From NCBI GenBank assembly GCA_046546095.1, contig JBKGYK010000002.1:2975-66974 (forward strand): a DNA stretch of 64,000 bases. Reading direction: 5' to 3'. Origin of the DNA: Bacteroidales bacterium (lineage in GTDB: Bacteria; Bacteroidota; Bacteroidia; Bacteroidales; ML635J-15). A model generated the notes under the pieces. It saw only the letters and a list, made by a program, of their open reading frames with translations. It made no database searches and had not been told where the DNA came from. The translations under genes were made by a program, and so were the position numbers. Shown one piece after another: positions 17,409-26,225 of the stretch. Within the stretch, counting starts at the first letter, position 1; the number at the start of each line of letters is the position of its first letter.

Positions 17409-18104
17409 ATGGATAATTCCCGAATATCACTGGCGATCGTAGATGATGAAACGTTGATAGTTTCCTTACTGAGGGAGTTTCTTGACAGGGAAGATGATTT
17501 CGATATCATTCATACAGCAGCCTCCGGTACTGAATTTCTCAGTTTCATGAAGAAAACCAAACAGGTGCCGGATATCGTTCTGATGGATTTGAGAATGAAA
17601 GGCCTGGACGGTGTAGAAACAACCATCAGACTAAAGGAGAAATGGCCAGATGTCAAAGTCATCAGTGTGTCATCCTATTACAAAAAATCATTCATGGGAT
17701 ATATGCTGAAATCCGGTGTTTCTGCATTTGTACCAAAAGGTCTAAGTCCCGAAAAGCTTGTCAGCATTATCAGGGAGGTATATGACAAATCATATTACTT
17801 TCTGCCTGAGCAGATGGATGTTATGCGGGAACAGTTTGCTGCCAATATACCCAAACCTGAGCTTGACCAAAGAGGAAACATACTGTCAGACAGGGAAAAA
17901 GAAATTTTGCTTTTCATCTGCAGACAAATGACAGCTCAGGAAATTGCAGAGAAATTAAATGTTTCCAAACGTACCGTGGATGGACACAGGAATAATATTT
18001 TTCTTAAAACCGGTGTGAAAAACCTGGCCGGGCTGGTATTGTTTGCTATTAAGTATGGTATTATTGACATCCACAAGGATAACCTGTATCTCAATCCGGA
18101 TTGA
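17409..18104 (+). CDS. NarL/LuxR-family response regulator
   Basis: Receiver domain (LAIVDDE, DIVLMDLRMKGLDG, SVSS, VPKG) plus a LuxR-type HTH (LSDREKEILLFICRQMTAQEIAEKLNVSKRTVDGHRNNIFLK). Confidence 0.9.
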   Translation: MDNSRISLAIVDDETLIVSLLREFLDREDDFDIIHTAASGTEFLSFMKKTKQVPDIVLMDLRMKGLDGVETTIRLKEKWPDVKVISVSSYYKKSFMGYMLKSGVSAFVPKGLSPEKLVSIIREVYDKSYYFLPEQMDVMREQFAANIPKPELDQRGNILSDREKEILLFICRQMTAQEIAEKLNVSKRTVDGHRNNIFLKTGVKNLAGLVLFAIKYGIIDIHKDNLYLNPD

Positions 18105-18150
18105 TTTTCCATTACTGACGATATTATTTACTGCCGGGGTGAAAACCGGA

Positions 18151-18190
18151 AAAAAAAGACCGTACATACATGTCCGGTCTTTTTCTTTTC
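18151..18190. terminator. Bidirectional terminator between convergent genes
   Basis: An A run, then gaccg..cggtc arms around tacatacatgtc, then ttttcttttc. Confidence 0.6.
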
Positions 18191-18202
18191 GGAGACAAGA
18201 AA

Positions 18203-20263
18203 TTAATCTTTCTCAATTCGAATTCTTGCATCTACGGCAACAAGCTCTTTCGGGTTGCCCAGCAGTGGGTTGAGATCCATTTCAAAAATTTCCGGGGCAG
18301 CGGTTACAAGAGCCGCTACACGTGCAATATGGGTAGCCATAATGTCCTCATTGACACCTTTTTGCCCGCGTACACCCTGGATGATGCCATAGGAATTCAG
18401 GCGTTTGATCATAGTATGGGCCTCCTCCTTGCTGATGGGAGCCAGGGAGGTCTGTATATCTTTTAGTACCTCAATAAATATTCCACCCAAACCGCAGAGT
18501 ACCATATGGCCAAATTTGTCATCACGTTTGGCACCGATGAAAATTTCCTCACCAAAATACATTTCAAACATCTGTACAGCATAGGTGTCTTTAATTTGCA
18601 TCAGACGTTTATATTCCTTCCTGACTGTGGCTTCGTCCCTTACATCAAGGACTACACCACCAACATCAGATTTGTGTACCGGTCCAACTACTTTCATGAC
18701 CACAGGATAGCCGTATTTTTTGCAGAAATCCACGGCTTCTTCTTCAGAGTCAACAACTTTATCATTAGACCTGGTGATGCCGGCCGCATCCAGTAAGCCG
18801 GCCACAGATTCCGGGTCAAGATAACCATTATCAGCAGTATCGATGACGTTCCGGATGGTCTTGATATCGACATCCGGCATATCTGTGGTTTCAGGTTGAG
18901 GGGCATCAGTCTGATAAATCTTGCACAGGGCGTCACCAAAAGTTACTTCATCAGGGAAGATAATTCTACCCTTGCTGATAAAGGACTTAATCTCTTCTTT
19001 TACATTGATTACTGACGGCAGAATCGGATAGATGGGCTTTTTGCATGATTTCATTTTCTCATTCAGCAGTTCGTACACATCGTGTACAGGGAAAAGTCCC
19101 GGACTACCAAAAATCACTGCCATCCCGTCAATCTCATCAAAATCGTTTTCGCAGGCATCAATGATTTCAACCAGTTGTCCGGCAGTTCCGGTGGCAAGAA
19201 AATCAATGGGATTGCCTACAGCAGAGCCGGGAAAAAGTTTTTCAAGCAATGCATCAGCCTTTGGGCCTTCAAGTTGTGGTACTTCCAGACCGCCATTACT
19301 CAGGGAGTCTGTAAGCATAACCGCCGGACCGCCGGCATGTGTAATGATGGCAATGTTTTTTCCTTTGAGTTCAGGATGCATGAAGACCGAGGCAACCGTG
19401 GTAAGCTCTTCACGGCCTTTACAGCGAACAATTCCGGCTTTCCTGAACAGAGCATCCACTGCTACATCACTGGAGGCCAGGGCACCTGTGTGTGAGGAGG
19501 CAGCCCTGCTACCTGCTTCTGATCCACCGGATTTGATAGCGGCTATTTTGCAGCCTTTTCTAATCAGTGAAGATGCATGCTTCAGCAACATTGCAGGTTT
19601 GTCTATGTTTTCAATATACAACAGTTTGACAGGAGAGGAGCTCGCAGGGTCATAGGTCTCATCCATATGCTTTAGTATTTCCTCAACTCCCATCTGGGCT
19701 GAATTTCCTACTGACCATACACTGGAAAAACTCAATCCTTTTGATACTCCGCTTTCCATGATAAAAACAGCCGTGGCTCCACTGCCCGAAATGAAATCAA
19801 CGCCTTTGGGATCAAGCCGTGGAATCGGGGTGGTGAAAACACCATTATAATCCGGAGTAAGAACACCGATACAATTTGGTCCGATGAGTGCGCCACCAAC
19901 GGAATTTACTTTCTTCACAATGGCAGCTTCTATTTTTGCACCTTCATCGCCTTCTTCACTAAAGCCTGCTGACAAAATAATGAAAGCCCTCGTGTTTTTT
20001 TCATCTGCCAGGGTCTTTATGGTGTCATAACAAAATTTGGAAGCAATGGCCAGTATCGCCAGGTCTGTCTCGGGAAGATCTTTGATGTTGCGATAGGATT
20101 TAACCCCCTGTACCATATCAAGTTTGGGATTGGATACGTACAAGTCACCCTGAAAATCTCCGTCTATCAGGTTTTTCAATACTTTACCGCCTGGCTTCTG
20201 GATGTCATCCGAACCACCAACGACTACAATGCTTTTGGGTTTCAGTAATTGTTCATTAATCAT
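18203..20263 (-). CDS. ADP-forming acetyl-CoA synthetase / acetate--CoA ligase family protein (fused alpha+beta)
   Basis: N-terminal CoA-binding domain (KSIVVVGGSDDIQKPGGKV), a succinyl-CoA-synthetase-like middle region and a C-terminal ATP-grasp (GYPVVMKVVGPVHKSDVGGVVLDV). The start was trimmed to ATG 20263 (MINEQLL). Confidence 0.85.
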   Translation of the reverse strand: MINEQLLKPKSIVVVGGSDDIQKPGGKVLKNLIDGDFQGDLYVSNPKLDMVQGVKSYRNIKDLPETDLAILAIASKFCYDTIKTLADEKNTRAFIILSAGFSEEGDEGAKIEAAIVKKVNSVGGALIGPNCIGVLTPDYNGVFTTPIPRLDPKGVDFISGSGATAVFIMESGVSKGLSFSSVWSVGNSAQMGVEEILKHMDETYDPASSSPVKLLYIENIDKPAMLLKHASSLIRKGCKIAAIKSGGSEAGSRAASSHTGALASSDVAVDALFRKAGIVRCKGREELTTVASVFMHPELKGKNIAIITHAGGPAVMLTDSLSNGGLEVPQLEGPKADALLEKLFPGSAVGNPIDFLATGTAGQLVEIIDACENDFDEIDGMAVIFGSPGLFPVHDVYELLNEKMKSCKKPIYPILPSVINVKEEIKSFISKGRIIFPDEVTFGDALCKIYQTDAPQPETTDMPDVDIKTIRNVIDTADNGYLDPESVAGLLDAAGITRSNDKVVDSEEEAVDFCKKYGYPVVMKVVGPVHKSDVGGVVLDVRDEATVRKEYKRLMQIKDTYAVQMFEMYFGEEIFIGAKRDDKFGHMVLCGLGGIFIEVLKDIQTSLAPISKEEAHTMIKRLNSYGIIQGVRGQKGVNEDIMATHIARVAALVTAAPEIFEMDLNPLLGNPKELVAVDARIRIEKD

Positions 20264-20385
20264 ATTATTCTTATTTTTTATTTTTCTAATATCCGGATAA
20301 GCAAGTCTAACAATCAAAAAGCCACCATCTTCAAATATTTTTACACAAAAATTTGTGTTTGTTGCCTGCGTTCCGGCGAAAACTT

Positions 20386-20393
20386 TATCTTTG
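20386..20393 (+). promoter_or_regulatory. Bacteroidota -7 promoter motif (TATCTTTG)
   Basis: Matches TAnnTTTG and lies 31 nt before ATG 20424. Confidence 0.4.
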
Positions 20394-20423
20394 TGCGTAA
20401 AGATGACAATTAATTTTAAAACC

Positions 20424-21074
20424 ATGAAAAATAATAAGAAGCTTTTAAACAGTTTGGTGGGAATCAACATTATTTTAGGATTGGCTGTAATTGCCTTGTT
20501 TGTTTTGTATTTTACAGATAAAGATCCGGAATCCGGGAGTGAAACCACAGTCCTTAAAGGGGAGAAATCGGAAGTTCAGGAATTGCAGGACAGCGTTATC
20601 TCTGAGCGTATTGCTGTTGTTAAACTCGATACGCTGCTGACTGAATATAAACTGGCACAGGTGATGAACGAAAACCTGATGGAACGCCAGCAGAAAGCCG
20701 AAGCCAATCTGCAGCAAAAAATGAGTCAATTTGAAAAAGATTATGAGGGTTTTCAGGAAAAAGTCCGTCTTGGATCTTTCCTGTCCCAGGAAAGTGCCGA
20801 AGCTCAGCAACAAAAACTGATGCAACAACAACAGGAATTGCAGGAGCTCAACCAAAGCCTGAGTATGGATCTGGCGGAGGAACAGGAGCGTATGACACAA
20901 AGCCTGTATGATACTGTACTTAACTATATGCCTGTTATCAACGACGGACGTTTTGTGCTTATCCTCGGAGATGCTGTCGGTACGAACGTACTTTATTCCA
21001 ACCAGGCTATGGATATTACCGAAGAGGTAGTAGGGTATCTCAATGAGCGTTATGAAAATTACCATGAAGAGTAG
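20424..21074 (+). CDS. OmpH/Skp-family periplasmic chaperone-like protein
   Basis: N-terminal anchor or signal (LVGINIILGLAVIALFVL), a long Q/E-rich coiled-coil core and a C-terminal part typical of Bacteroidota OmpH family members. Confidence 0.75.
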   Translation: MKNNKKLLNSLVGINIILGLAVIALFVLYFTDKDPESGSETTVLKGEKSEVQELQDSVISERIAVVKLDTLLTEYKLAQVMNENLMERQQKAEANLQQKMSQFEKDYEGFQEKVRLGSFLSQESAEAQQQKLMQQQQELQELNQSLSMDLAEEQERMTQSLYDTVLNYMPVINDGRFVLILGDAVGTNVLYSNQAMDITEEVVGYLNERYENYHEE

Positions 21075-21080
21075 GCACTT

Positions 21081-22313
21081 ATGACATTTGCCGATAATTA
21101 TTTTAAACGATTTCAGGCAGAGCCTGATTCCAATCCACAGCCAGTACCGGATAAACTCGGACTGGCTGTTGTTATTCCTGCCTATAATGAGCCGGACATA
21201 GAGGATACACTTATTTCGCTGCTTCACAATTATGAGCCCGGCTGTATCATTGATGTAATCCTGGTTTTTAATGCCCCGGACGATAAACCGGAAGAGGTTA
21301 TCAATCGCAACCTAACCGATTTTCAACACTACAGCGAATTTGCAGAAACACTTGATCATCCCTTCATCAATTTGTCTGTATATTGGCAGGTGTTCCCAAA
21401 GAAAGTTGCCGGACCCGGCTCGGCAAGAAAATTAGGCATGGATATCGCCCTTGACAGGTTCAATAAGATCAACAAAAATGATGGCGTCATACTGTCACTG
21501 GATGCTGATGCTGTGGTTTCCAAAAACTATCTGTCTTCGGTTTATTCCTGTTTTTCCAAAAATCCTGATCAGGATGCTGCTACCATATATTTCGAACATC
21601 CCTATCAGGAGGCTGATGATCCCATTGTTCTCTATGAACTCTACCTTCGTTATTTTCGCCATGCCTTGAAATGGACAGGATATCCGCATCACTTTTATTC
21701 CATAGGTTCTTGTTTTGCTGTAAGGGCAGATGCTTATGCAGCTCAGGGCGGAATGAACAGAAAAAATGCCGGTGAAGATTTTTATTTTCTCAATAAAATT
21801 GAGATTAACGGGAATCTGGGAGAGTGCAACACACCTGTGGTTTATCCCTCAGGCAGGGTTTCTGACAGGGTGCCTTTTGGAACAGGTCCTGAAGTGAGAA
21901 AAATAAAAGAGGAGGGCCGCTACGATGTGTACAGTATGAAATGCTTCGAGTTGCTTGCCAAAGTTGTCAGATTTGTTGATAAAACATATGAAATTTCCAA
22001 AGCTGACTATGATAAATCCTTAGATAATTTTGATGGAGCTGTTGCGGAATATTTTTCCCGGGTATATCTGTGGGATGCCATAGAGGATGCCCGCAAAAAC
22101 AGCACGGATGAAAAATCCTACCTCAAGCGTCTCTACCGGTATTATGATACGTTTAAGGTCATTCGTTTTCTGAATTATCTGTCAGAACACCTGCACCCCA
22201 AAAATGATGTGGCCATAGAAAGTGCCTTGCTTGCTGATAAGCTGGGGATTCTCTACGAAGACAGGGATGAAGAATCTTTGCTAGAGGCTTACCGCAAGTA
22301 TGATCAATCCTGA
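21081..22313 (+). CDS. Glycosyltransferase family 2 protein
   Basis: GT-A signature VVIPAYNEPDIEDTL and an LDADAVV (DxD-like) motif are present. Confidence 0.7.
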   Translation: MTFADNYFKRFQAEPDSNPQPVPDKLGLAVVIPAYNEPDIEDTLISLLHNYEPGCIIDVILVFNAPDDKPEEVINRNLTDFQHYSEFAETLDHPFINLSVYWQVFPKKVAGPGSARKLGMDIALDRFNKINKNDGVILSLDADAVVSKNYLSSVYSCFSKNPDQDAATIYFEHPYQEADDPIVLYELYLRYFRHALKWTGYPHHFYSIGSCFAVRADAYAAQGGMNRKNAGEDFYFLNKIEINGNLGECNTPVVYPSGRVSDRVPFGTGPEVRKIKEEGRYDVYSMKCFELLAKVVRFVDKTYEISKADYDKSLDNFDGAVAEYFSRVYLWDAIEDARKNSTDEKSYLKRLYRYYDTFKVIRFLNYLSEHLHPKNDVAIESALLADKLGILYEDRDEESLLEAYRKYDQS

Positions 22314-22425
22314 TTCTGAATAATAAATCTTTATCCGCTTTTGATTCATTCATCATACCGCAGCCCGGTATCTGAAATGCTTATGTCTTGATTTTCAGGC
22401 TGATGTGTAGGTGGGCAAAAATAAA

Positions 22426-22526
22426 CCGGGTAAGCTACTTGCATCGCACCGCTACAACCGCTTACCCTTGCTTCCTTCCGGACCTGGGGGAGTTCAGCGG
22501 GAGCTGGTCGTACAAGACTTACCCGG
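22426..22526 (-). ncRNA. ffs: Signal recognition particle RNA (small bacterial SRP / 4.5S type)
   Basis: The minus strand reads ..CCCCCAGGUCCGGAAGGAAGCAAGGG.. (domain IV with a GGAA tetraloop), nearly identical to the E. coli 4.5S core CAGGUCCGGAAGGAAGCAG. The ends form a 9-bp helix, CCGGGUAAG/CUUACCCGG. A TACTTTTG motif lies just upstream and a U-rich tract just downstream. Confidence 0.85.
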
Positions 22527-22530
22527 ACTG

Positions 22531-22538
22531 CAAAAGTA
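22531..22538 (-). promoter_or_regulatory. Bacteroidota -7 promoter motif (TACTTTTG) for SRP RNA
   Basis: The reverse complement of caaaagta fits TAnnTTTG and lies 4 nt upstream of the first base of the terminal helix. Confidence 0.5.
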
Positions 22539-22580
22539 ATAAGAATTTGATAAACTCCTAAAAACTTTGGCAAAAAATTC

Positions 22581-22588
22581 TATCTTTG
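22581..22588 (+). promoter_or_regulatory. Bacteroidota -7 promoter motif (TATCTTTG)
   Basis: Lies 22 nt before ATG 22610. Confidence 0.4.
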
Positions 22589-22609
22589 TTTTAACAAAAA
22601 TCGAAGCAC

Positions 22610-23170
22610 ATGAATGACAAGTCTAATCGTATTTTTCAGCATTCACTTACCTGGGGTGTAATCACAGGTCTGGTCATCATTATTCTTTCCATTGTGTTTT
22701 ATATGACCGGAATGGAAGAGTCTCGCACATTGCAATGGCTGCAGATTCTTATTATTGTCGTGTTGATCGTGGTTTCCCAGATTCAGTATAAAAAACAGCT
22801 GGAAGGTGAATCTCTCAGTTATGGAAGAGCTCTGGGGGTGGCAATGCTTACCGGTGTTACGGCTTCACTTCTGCTGGCCGTTTATAATCTTATATTTTTT
22901 ACTTTTATTGCACCGGAAATGCTTGAGTATATCAGGCAACAGGCTGAAATAGCTATTGTAGAGCAGGATATACCCGCTGCTGCCAAAGAGAATGCCCTGA
23001 AAATGCAGGGAAAATTCATGAAGCCTTCAATTATGGCTGTAATGAGCTTCCTTCAACTCGCTTTTCTGACATTGGCGGCAGGACTGTTGAGTTCCGCTTT
23101 TATCAATGGTAAAACCCAAAACGTGCAGCAGGCAGATACAGAGGATGAACCGACAGATTCAGAAAAATGA
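22610..23170 (+). CDS. DUF4199-family membrane protein
   Basis: 186 aa with 4 TM segments. The N-terminus (FQHSLTWGVITGLVIIILSIVFY) resembles Bacteroidota DUF4199 proteins. Confidence 0.6.
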   Translation: MNDKSNRIFQHSLTWGVITGLVIIILSIVFYMTGMEESRTLQWLQILIIVVLIVVSQIQYKKQLEGESLSYGRALGVAMLTGVTASLLLAVYNLIFFTFIAPEMLEYIRQQAEIAIVEQDIPAAAKENALKMQGKFMKPSIMAVMSFLQLAFLTLAAGLLSSAFINGKTQNVQQADTEDEPTDSEK

Positions 23171-24123
23171 TAGACCTTACAATTGTAATACCCCTTTACG
23201 ATGAGGAAGAATCCCTTCCAGAACTGATGTCCTGGATAGCTCGTGTTGTTCAGAAAGAAGGCTATGCATATGAAGTTATCATGGTGGATGATGGCAGCAG
23301 AGATGATTCCTGGAATGTTATCCAGGGATTGAAAAGCCAGTACGGAAAGGCACTGAGGGGTTTTCGATTCAGAAGAAATTATGGAAAATCTGCAGCTTTG
23401 CATACAGGCTTCCAAAATGCCAAAGGAAAAGTTGTCATTACCATGGATGCTGATATGCAGGATTCTCCCGATGAAATACCGGACTTATATCACATGGTCG
23501 CAAATGAAGGATATGATATGGTATCCGGATGGAAGAAAAAACGCTACGATCCGGTTAGCAAAACCATACCCAGCAAATTCTATAACTGGGTGGCCAGAAA
23601 AGCCACAGGAATAAGGCTGCATGATTTTAACTGCGGGCTGAAAGCTTATAGAAACAAACTGGTAAAAAGCATTGAAGTTTATGGTGAGATGCATCGCTAT
23701 ATCCCTGTGCTTGCCAGACAGGCCGGTTTTATGAAAATCGGTGAAAAAGTAGTGCAGCATCGCAAAAGACAGTACGGAAAAACCAAATTCGGACTGGAAC
23801 GCTTCATCAATGGCTTTCTGGATCTAATGACCATTTTGTTTATCACCAGATTTGGAAAACGGCCAATGCACCTGTTTGGTGTCTGGGGTACACTTGTTTT
23901 TATCCTTGGATTTGCATCTGCACTTTATCTTGGAATACGAAAGATTGTGGCTGTAAGTCAGGGAGTGATTCTGGAGAGAGTCACCGAAAATGCATTTTTT
24001 TATATCGCACTTACCTGCATGGTCATAGGGGTTCTTTTGTTCCTCGCAGGCTTTTTGGCAGAGCTGATTTCACGCAGCAGCCATGATAGAAACCTTTATC
24101 AGATTGATGAAATACTGGATTGA
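23167..24123 (+). CDS. Polyprenyl-phosphate glycosyltransferase (GT2, GtrB/ArnC/DPM1-like)
   Basis: IVIPLYDEEESL, VDDGSRD and a DADMQD (DxD) motif, with two C-terminal TM helices. Confidence 0.85.
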   Translation: MIDLTIVIPLYDEEESLPELMSWIARVVQKEGYAYEVIMVDDGSRDDSWNVIQGLKSQYGKALRGFRFRRNYGKSAALHTGFQNAKGKVVITMDADMQDSPDEIPDLYHMVANEGYDMVSGWKKKRYDPVSKTIPSKFYNWVARKATGIRLHDFNCGLKAYRNKLVKSIEVYGEMHRYIPVLARQAGFMKIGEKVVQHRKRQYGKTKFGLERFINGFLDLMTILFITRFGKRPMHLFGVWGTLVFILGFASALYLGIRKIVAVSQGVILERVTENAFFYIALTCMVIGVLLFLAGFLAELISRSSHDRNLYQIDEILD

Positions 24124-24125
24124 CT

Positions 24126-24935
24126 ATGAACAAAGAAAATGAAATAAGTATCGTTGAATTGTATGGCAGGCTTTACCTCTTTTTGAAAAGAAGAATACTG
24201 ATAATTGCCGTTGGGGTTGTTGCCGGGCTGATTGCAGGAACTGTACATTATAGTTTTTTAAAACCGGGTTATAAGTATAAGCTTCTGATTAATTCAGATT
24301 TCGTAAATCAAAGCGTACTTTATCAGCCTTTATTCCCAATGCTCAATGAAAGCAATGTAATAAATGAGGCCTCATTTAAGGAGTATTTCAGCATTGATCA
24401 ATCCGAAATAGAATTTACAAAAAGTATTTATGTTGACACCCTAAGCTTTCCCAATGCAGTTACACTGGAATTTGTTTTGGCTGATACAAGTCAGGTCCGG
24501 GTTTTGAAAAATGTTATGTTAGATTATTATGACGGCAATGAAAAAATCAACCGCATGATCGAGGATCAACAGGCTCAGGCCAGTTCTTATCATAATCTGC
24601 TTGAGCAGGAGCTGAATGAGATCAACGAATTCCAGAAGGAAGTTATGCAACAAAAAGGTGATGAATCTGTGAGCCCCTCCGGACTCGCATCAATAGCCGG
24701 GAGTTATGATGAGGTTGTTATGATGATGGATAAAATACAGGAACTGGAAGAACTATTAAACAATTCCCAGGGCCTTAGCTTTGAATGGAGCAGTAACTAT
24801 GTCAAAAGAAATATTTCACTGGTGAAATATCTGGTCATTTATGGCTTTCTGTTCCTTATTATTGGGATAATATTCGCCTTTTGGGTTGATTTACATAAAA
24901 AAGCACTCAGCCAGTTGAAAAGCAATACCCGATAA
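24126..24935 (+). CDS. Putative polysaccharide chain-length-determinant-like (PCP/Wzz-like) membrane protein
   Basis: An N-terminal TM and a C-terminal TM flank a coiled-coil-rich soluble region, and the gene sits beside the flippase. The call rests on architecture only. Confidence 0.4.
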   Translation: MNKENEISIVELYGRLYLFLKRRILIIAVGVVAGLIAGTVHYSFLKPGYKYKLLINSDFVNQSVLYQPLFPMLNESNVINEASFKEYFSIDQSEIEFTKSIYVDTLSFPNAVTLEFVLADTSQVRVLKNVMLDYYDGNEKINRMIEDQQAQASSYHNLLEQELNEINEFQKEVMQQKGDESVSPSGLASIAGSYDEVVMMMDKIQELEELLNNSQGLSFEWSSNYVKRNISLVKYLVIYGFLFLIIGIIFAFWVDLHKKALSQLKSNTR

Positions 24936-24944
24936 AACCTGCAT

Positions 24945-26225
24945 ATGTTTCAAAAGTGGTTACGTAAGTCAGATTTTTTAAAGAATTTTGTGACATTAAT
25001 TACAGGTTCTGCTTTTGCTCAATTAATTCCGCTTATTTTTTCACCCATTCTGGCCAGATTGTTCGATGCTGACGATTTTGGCGTCCTGGGTATTTTTATC
25101 AGCATCAGTGCTTTGGTTAAGGTAATTGCTACTGCCAGATATGAAATGGCAATCAATCTGCCGAAAAAAAATGCTGATGCCATTAATATTATGGTAGGCT
25201 CTGTTATTATTTCACTACTAATTGGTCTCATCACATTATTGATAGTATGGTTATTCAATGATCAGATATGTGCCCTGTTCAACAGTCAAAGCGTTGGCAA
25301 ATGGCTGTATCTTATTCCCATTACCGTTTTCTTTACCGGCCTTATCAAAAGTGTCAGTTATTGGTTTAACCGTACCCGGAGATTTCAGATTCTGTCAATT
25401 TTTAAAGTCAATAAAAGTGCAGCACAGACAGGTACCAGCATAGGTGCCGGATTTGCCGGAATGGGAGCAGGTGGCCTGATTGGCGGCGTTGTGATGGGTG
25501 ATTTGTTTGGTTCTGCTTACCTGACTGCAAAATTCTTTCAGAAAGATAAGAAGTATCTGAAGATGTTCCAGCATCAACGCATGTTTAAAGTATTAAAACG
25601 ATACAAGGATTTTCCGCTTTTAAATACATTGCAGGCTTTTGTTGATAAGCTTAGGGAAAGTGGATTAATCCTGATTATTTCCATGTTTTTTACCGAGGCC
25701 CTCGTTGGATTTTACACCTTCGCAAACCGCTATACCAAAGCACCCCTATCATTAATTACATACTCAATAGGACAGGTGTTTTATCAGCGGATTGCGGAAA
25801 GAAAAGCATCAGAACGTCCTGTTTTTCCGGCAATGAAGAGTATTGTTATTAAAATCGGACTGGTCTCCCTGCCCTTTTTTGTTGCACTGTTTCTTTTTGC
25901 AGAACCTGTATTTGCATGGATATTTACTGAAAAATGGCTGGATGCAGGAACATACGTGAAGATTTTATCACCAATGCTCTTTCTGTTTTTTGTGGTCAGT
26001 CCTGTGTCAACAATTCCCCTGGTGCTGGAAAAACAGAAAACTTTTTTATCCCTGACCATAATCACAAACATTGCCCTCGTCGTGGCTGTTTTTTTGGTGG
26101 GTAAGATTTCCGCTAGCATTGAAGCAGTAGTAATCTCGATTTCAGTCTTCATGTCTGTAATGTATCTCGTTATGTTAGGATGGATGCTGAAAATTGCTTA
26201 CTTTAACGATATGAAAAATGAATGA
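24945..26225 (+). CDS. Oligosaccharide flippase (Wzx / polysaccharide biosynthesis protein family)
   Basis: 426 aa with about 12 TM segments and a typical N-terminus (NFVTLITGSAFAQLIPLIFSPILARLF). Confidence 0.8.
   Translation: MFQKWLRKSDFLKNFVTLITGSAFAQLIPLIFSPILARLFDADDFGVLGIFISISALVKVIATARYEMAINLPKKNADAINIMVGSVIISLLIGLITLLIVWLFNDQICALFNSQSVGKWLYLIPITVFFTGLIKSVSYWFNRTRRFQILSIFKVNKSAAQTGTSIGAGFAGMGAGGLIGGVVMGDLFGSAYLTAKFFQKDKKYLKMFQHQRMFKVLKRYKDFPLLNTLQAFVDKLRESGLILIISMFFTEALVGFYTFANRYTKAPLSLITYSIGQVFYQRIAERKASERPVFPAMKSIVIKIGLVSLPFFVALFLFAEPVFAWIFTEKWLDAGTYVKILSPMLFLFFVVSPVSTIPLVLEKQKTFLSLTIITNIALVVAVFLVGKISASIEAVVISISVFMSVMYLVMLGWMLKIAYFNDMKNE

Noticed and set aside
19032-19655. 207-aa and 137-aa plus-strand ORFs inside the acetyl-CoA synthetase gene
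   Set aside because: They are antisense to a gene with clear CoA-binding and ATP-grasp motifs. The peptides are Ser/Pro-rich and low-complexity.
20475-21227. 250-aa minus-strand ORF
   Set aside because: It is antisense to the OmpH-like gene and the start of the GT2 gene. The long open frame arises because the sense strand is Gln/Glu/Leu-rich and so yields few antisense stops.
22346-22573. 75-aa minus-strand ORF in the gap between the GT2 gene and the DUF4199 gene
   Set aside because: It is fully explained by the SRP RNA gene at 22426-22526. The peptide is Pro/Arg/Val-rich with no start context, and its GC-richness derives from RNA structure.
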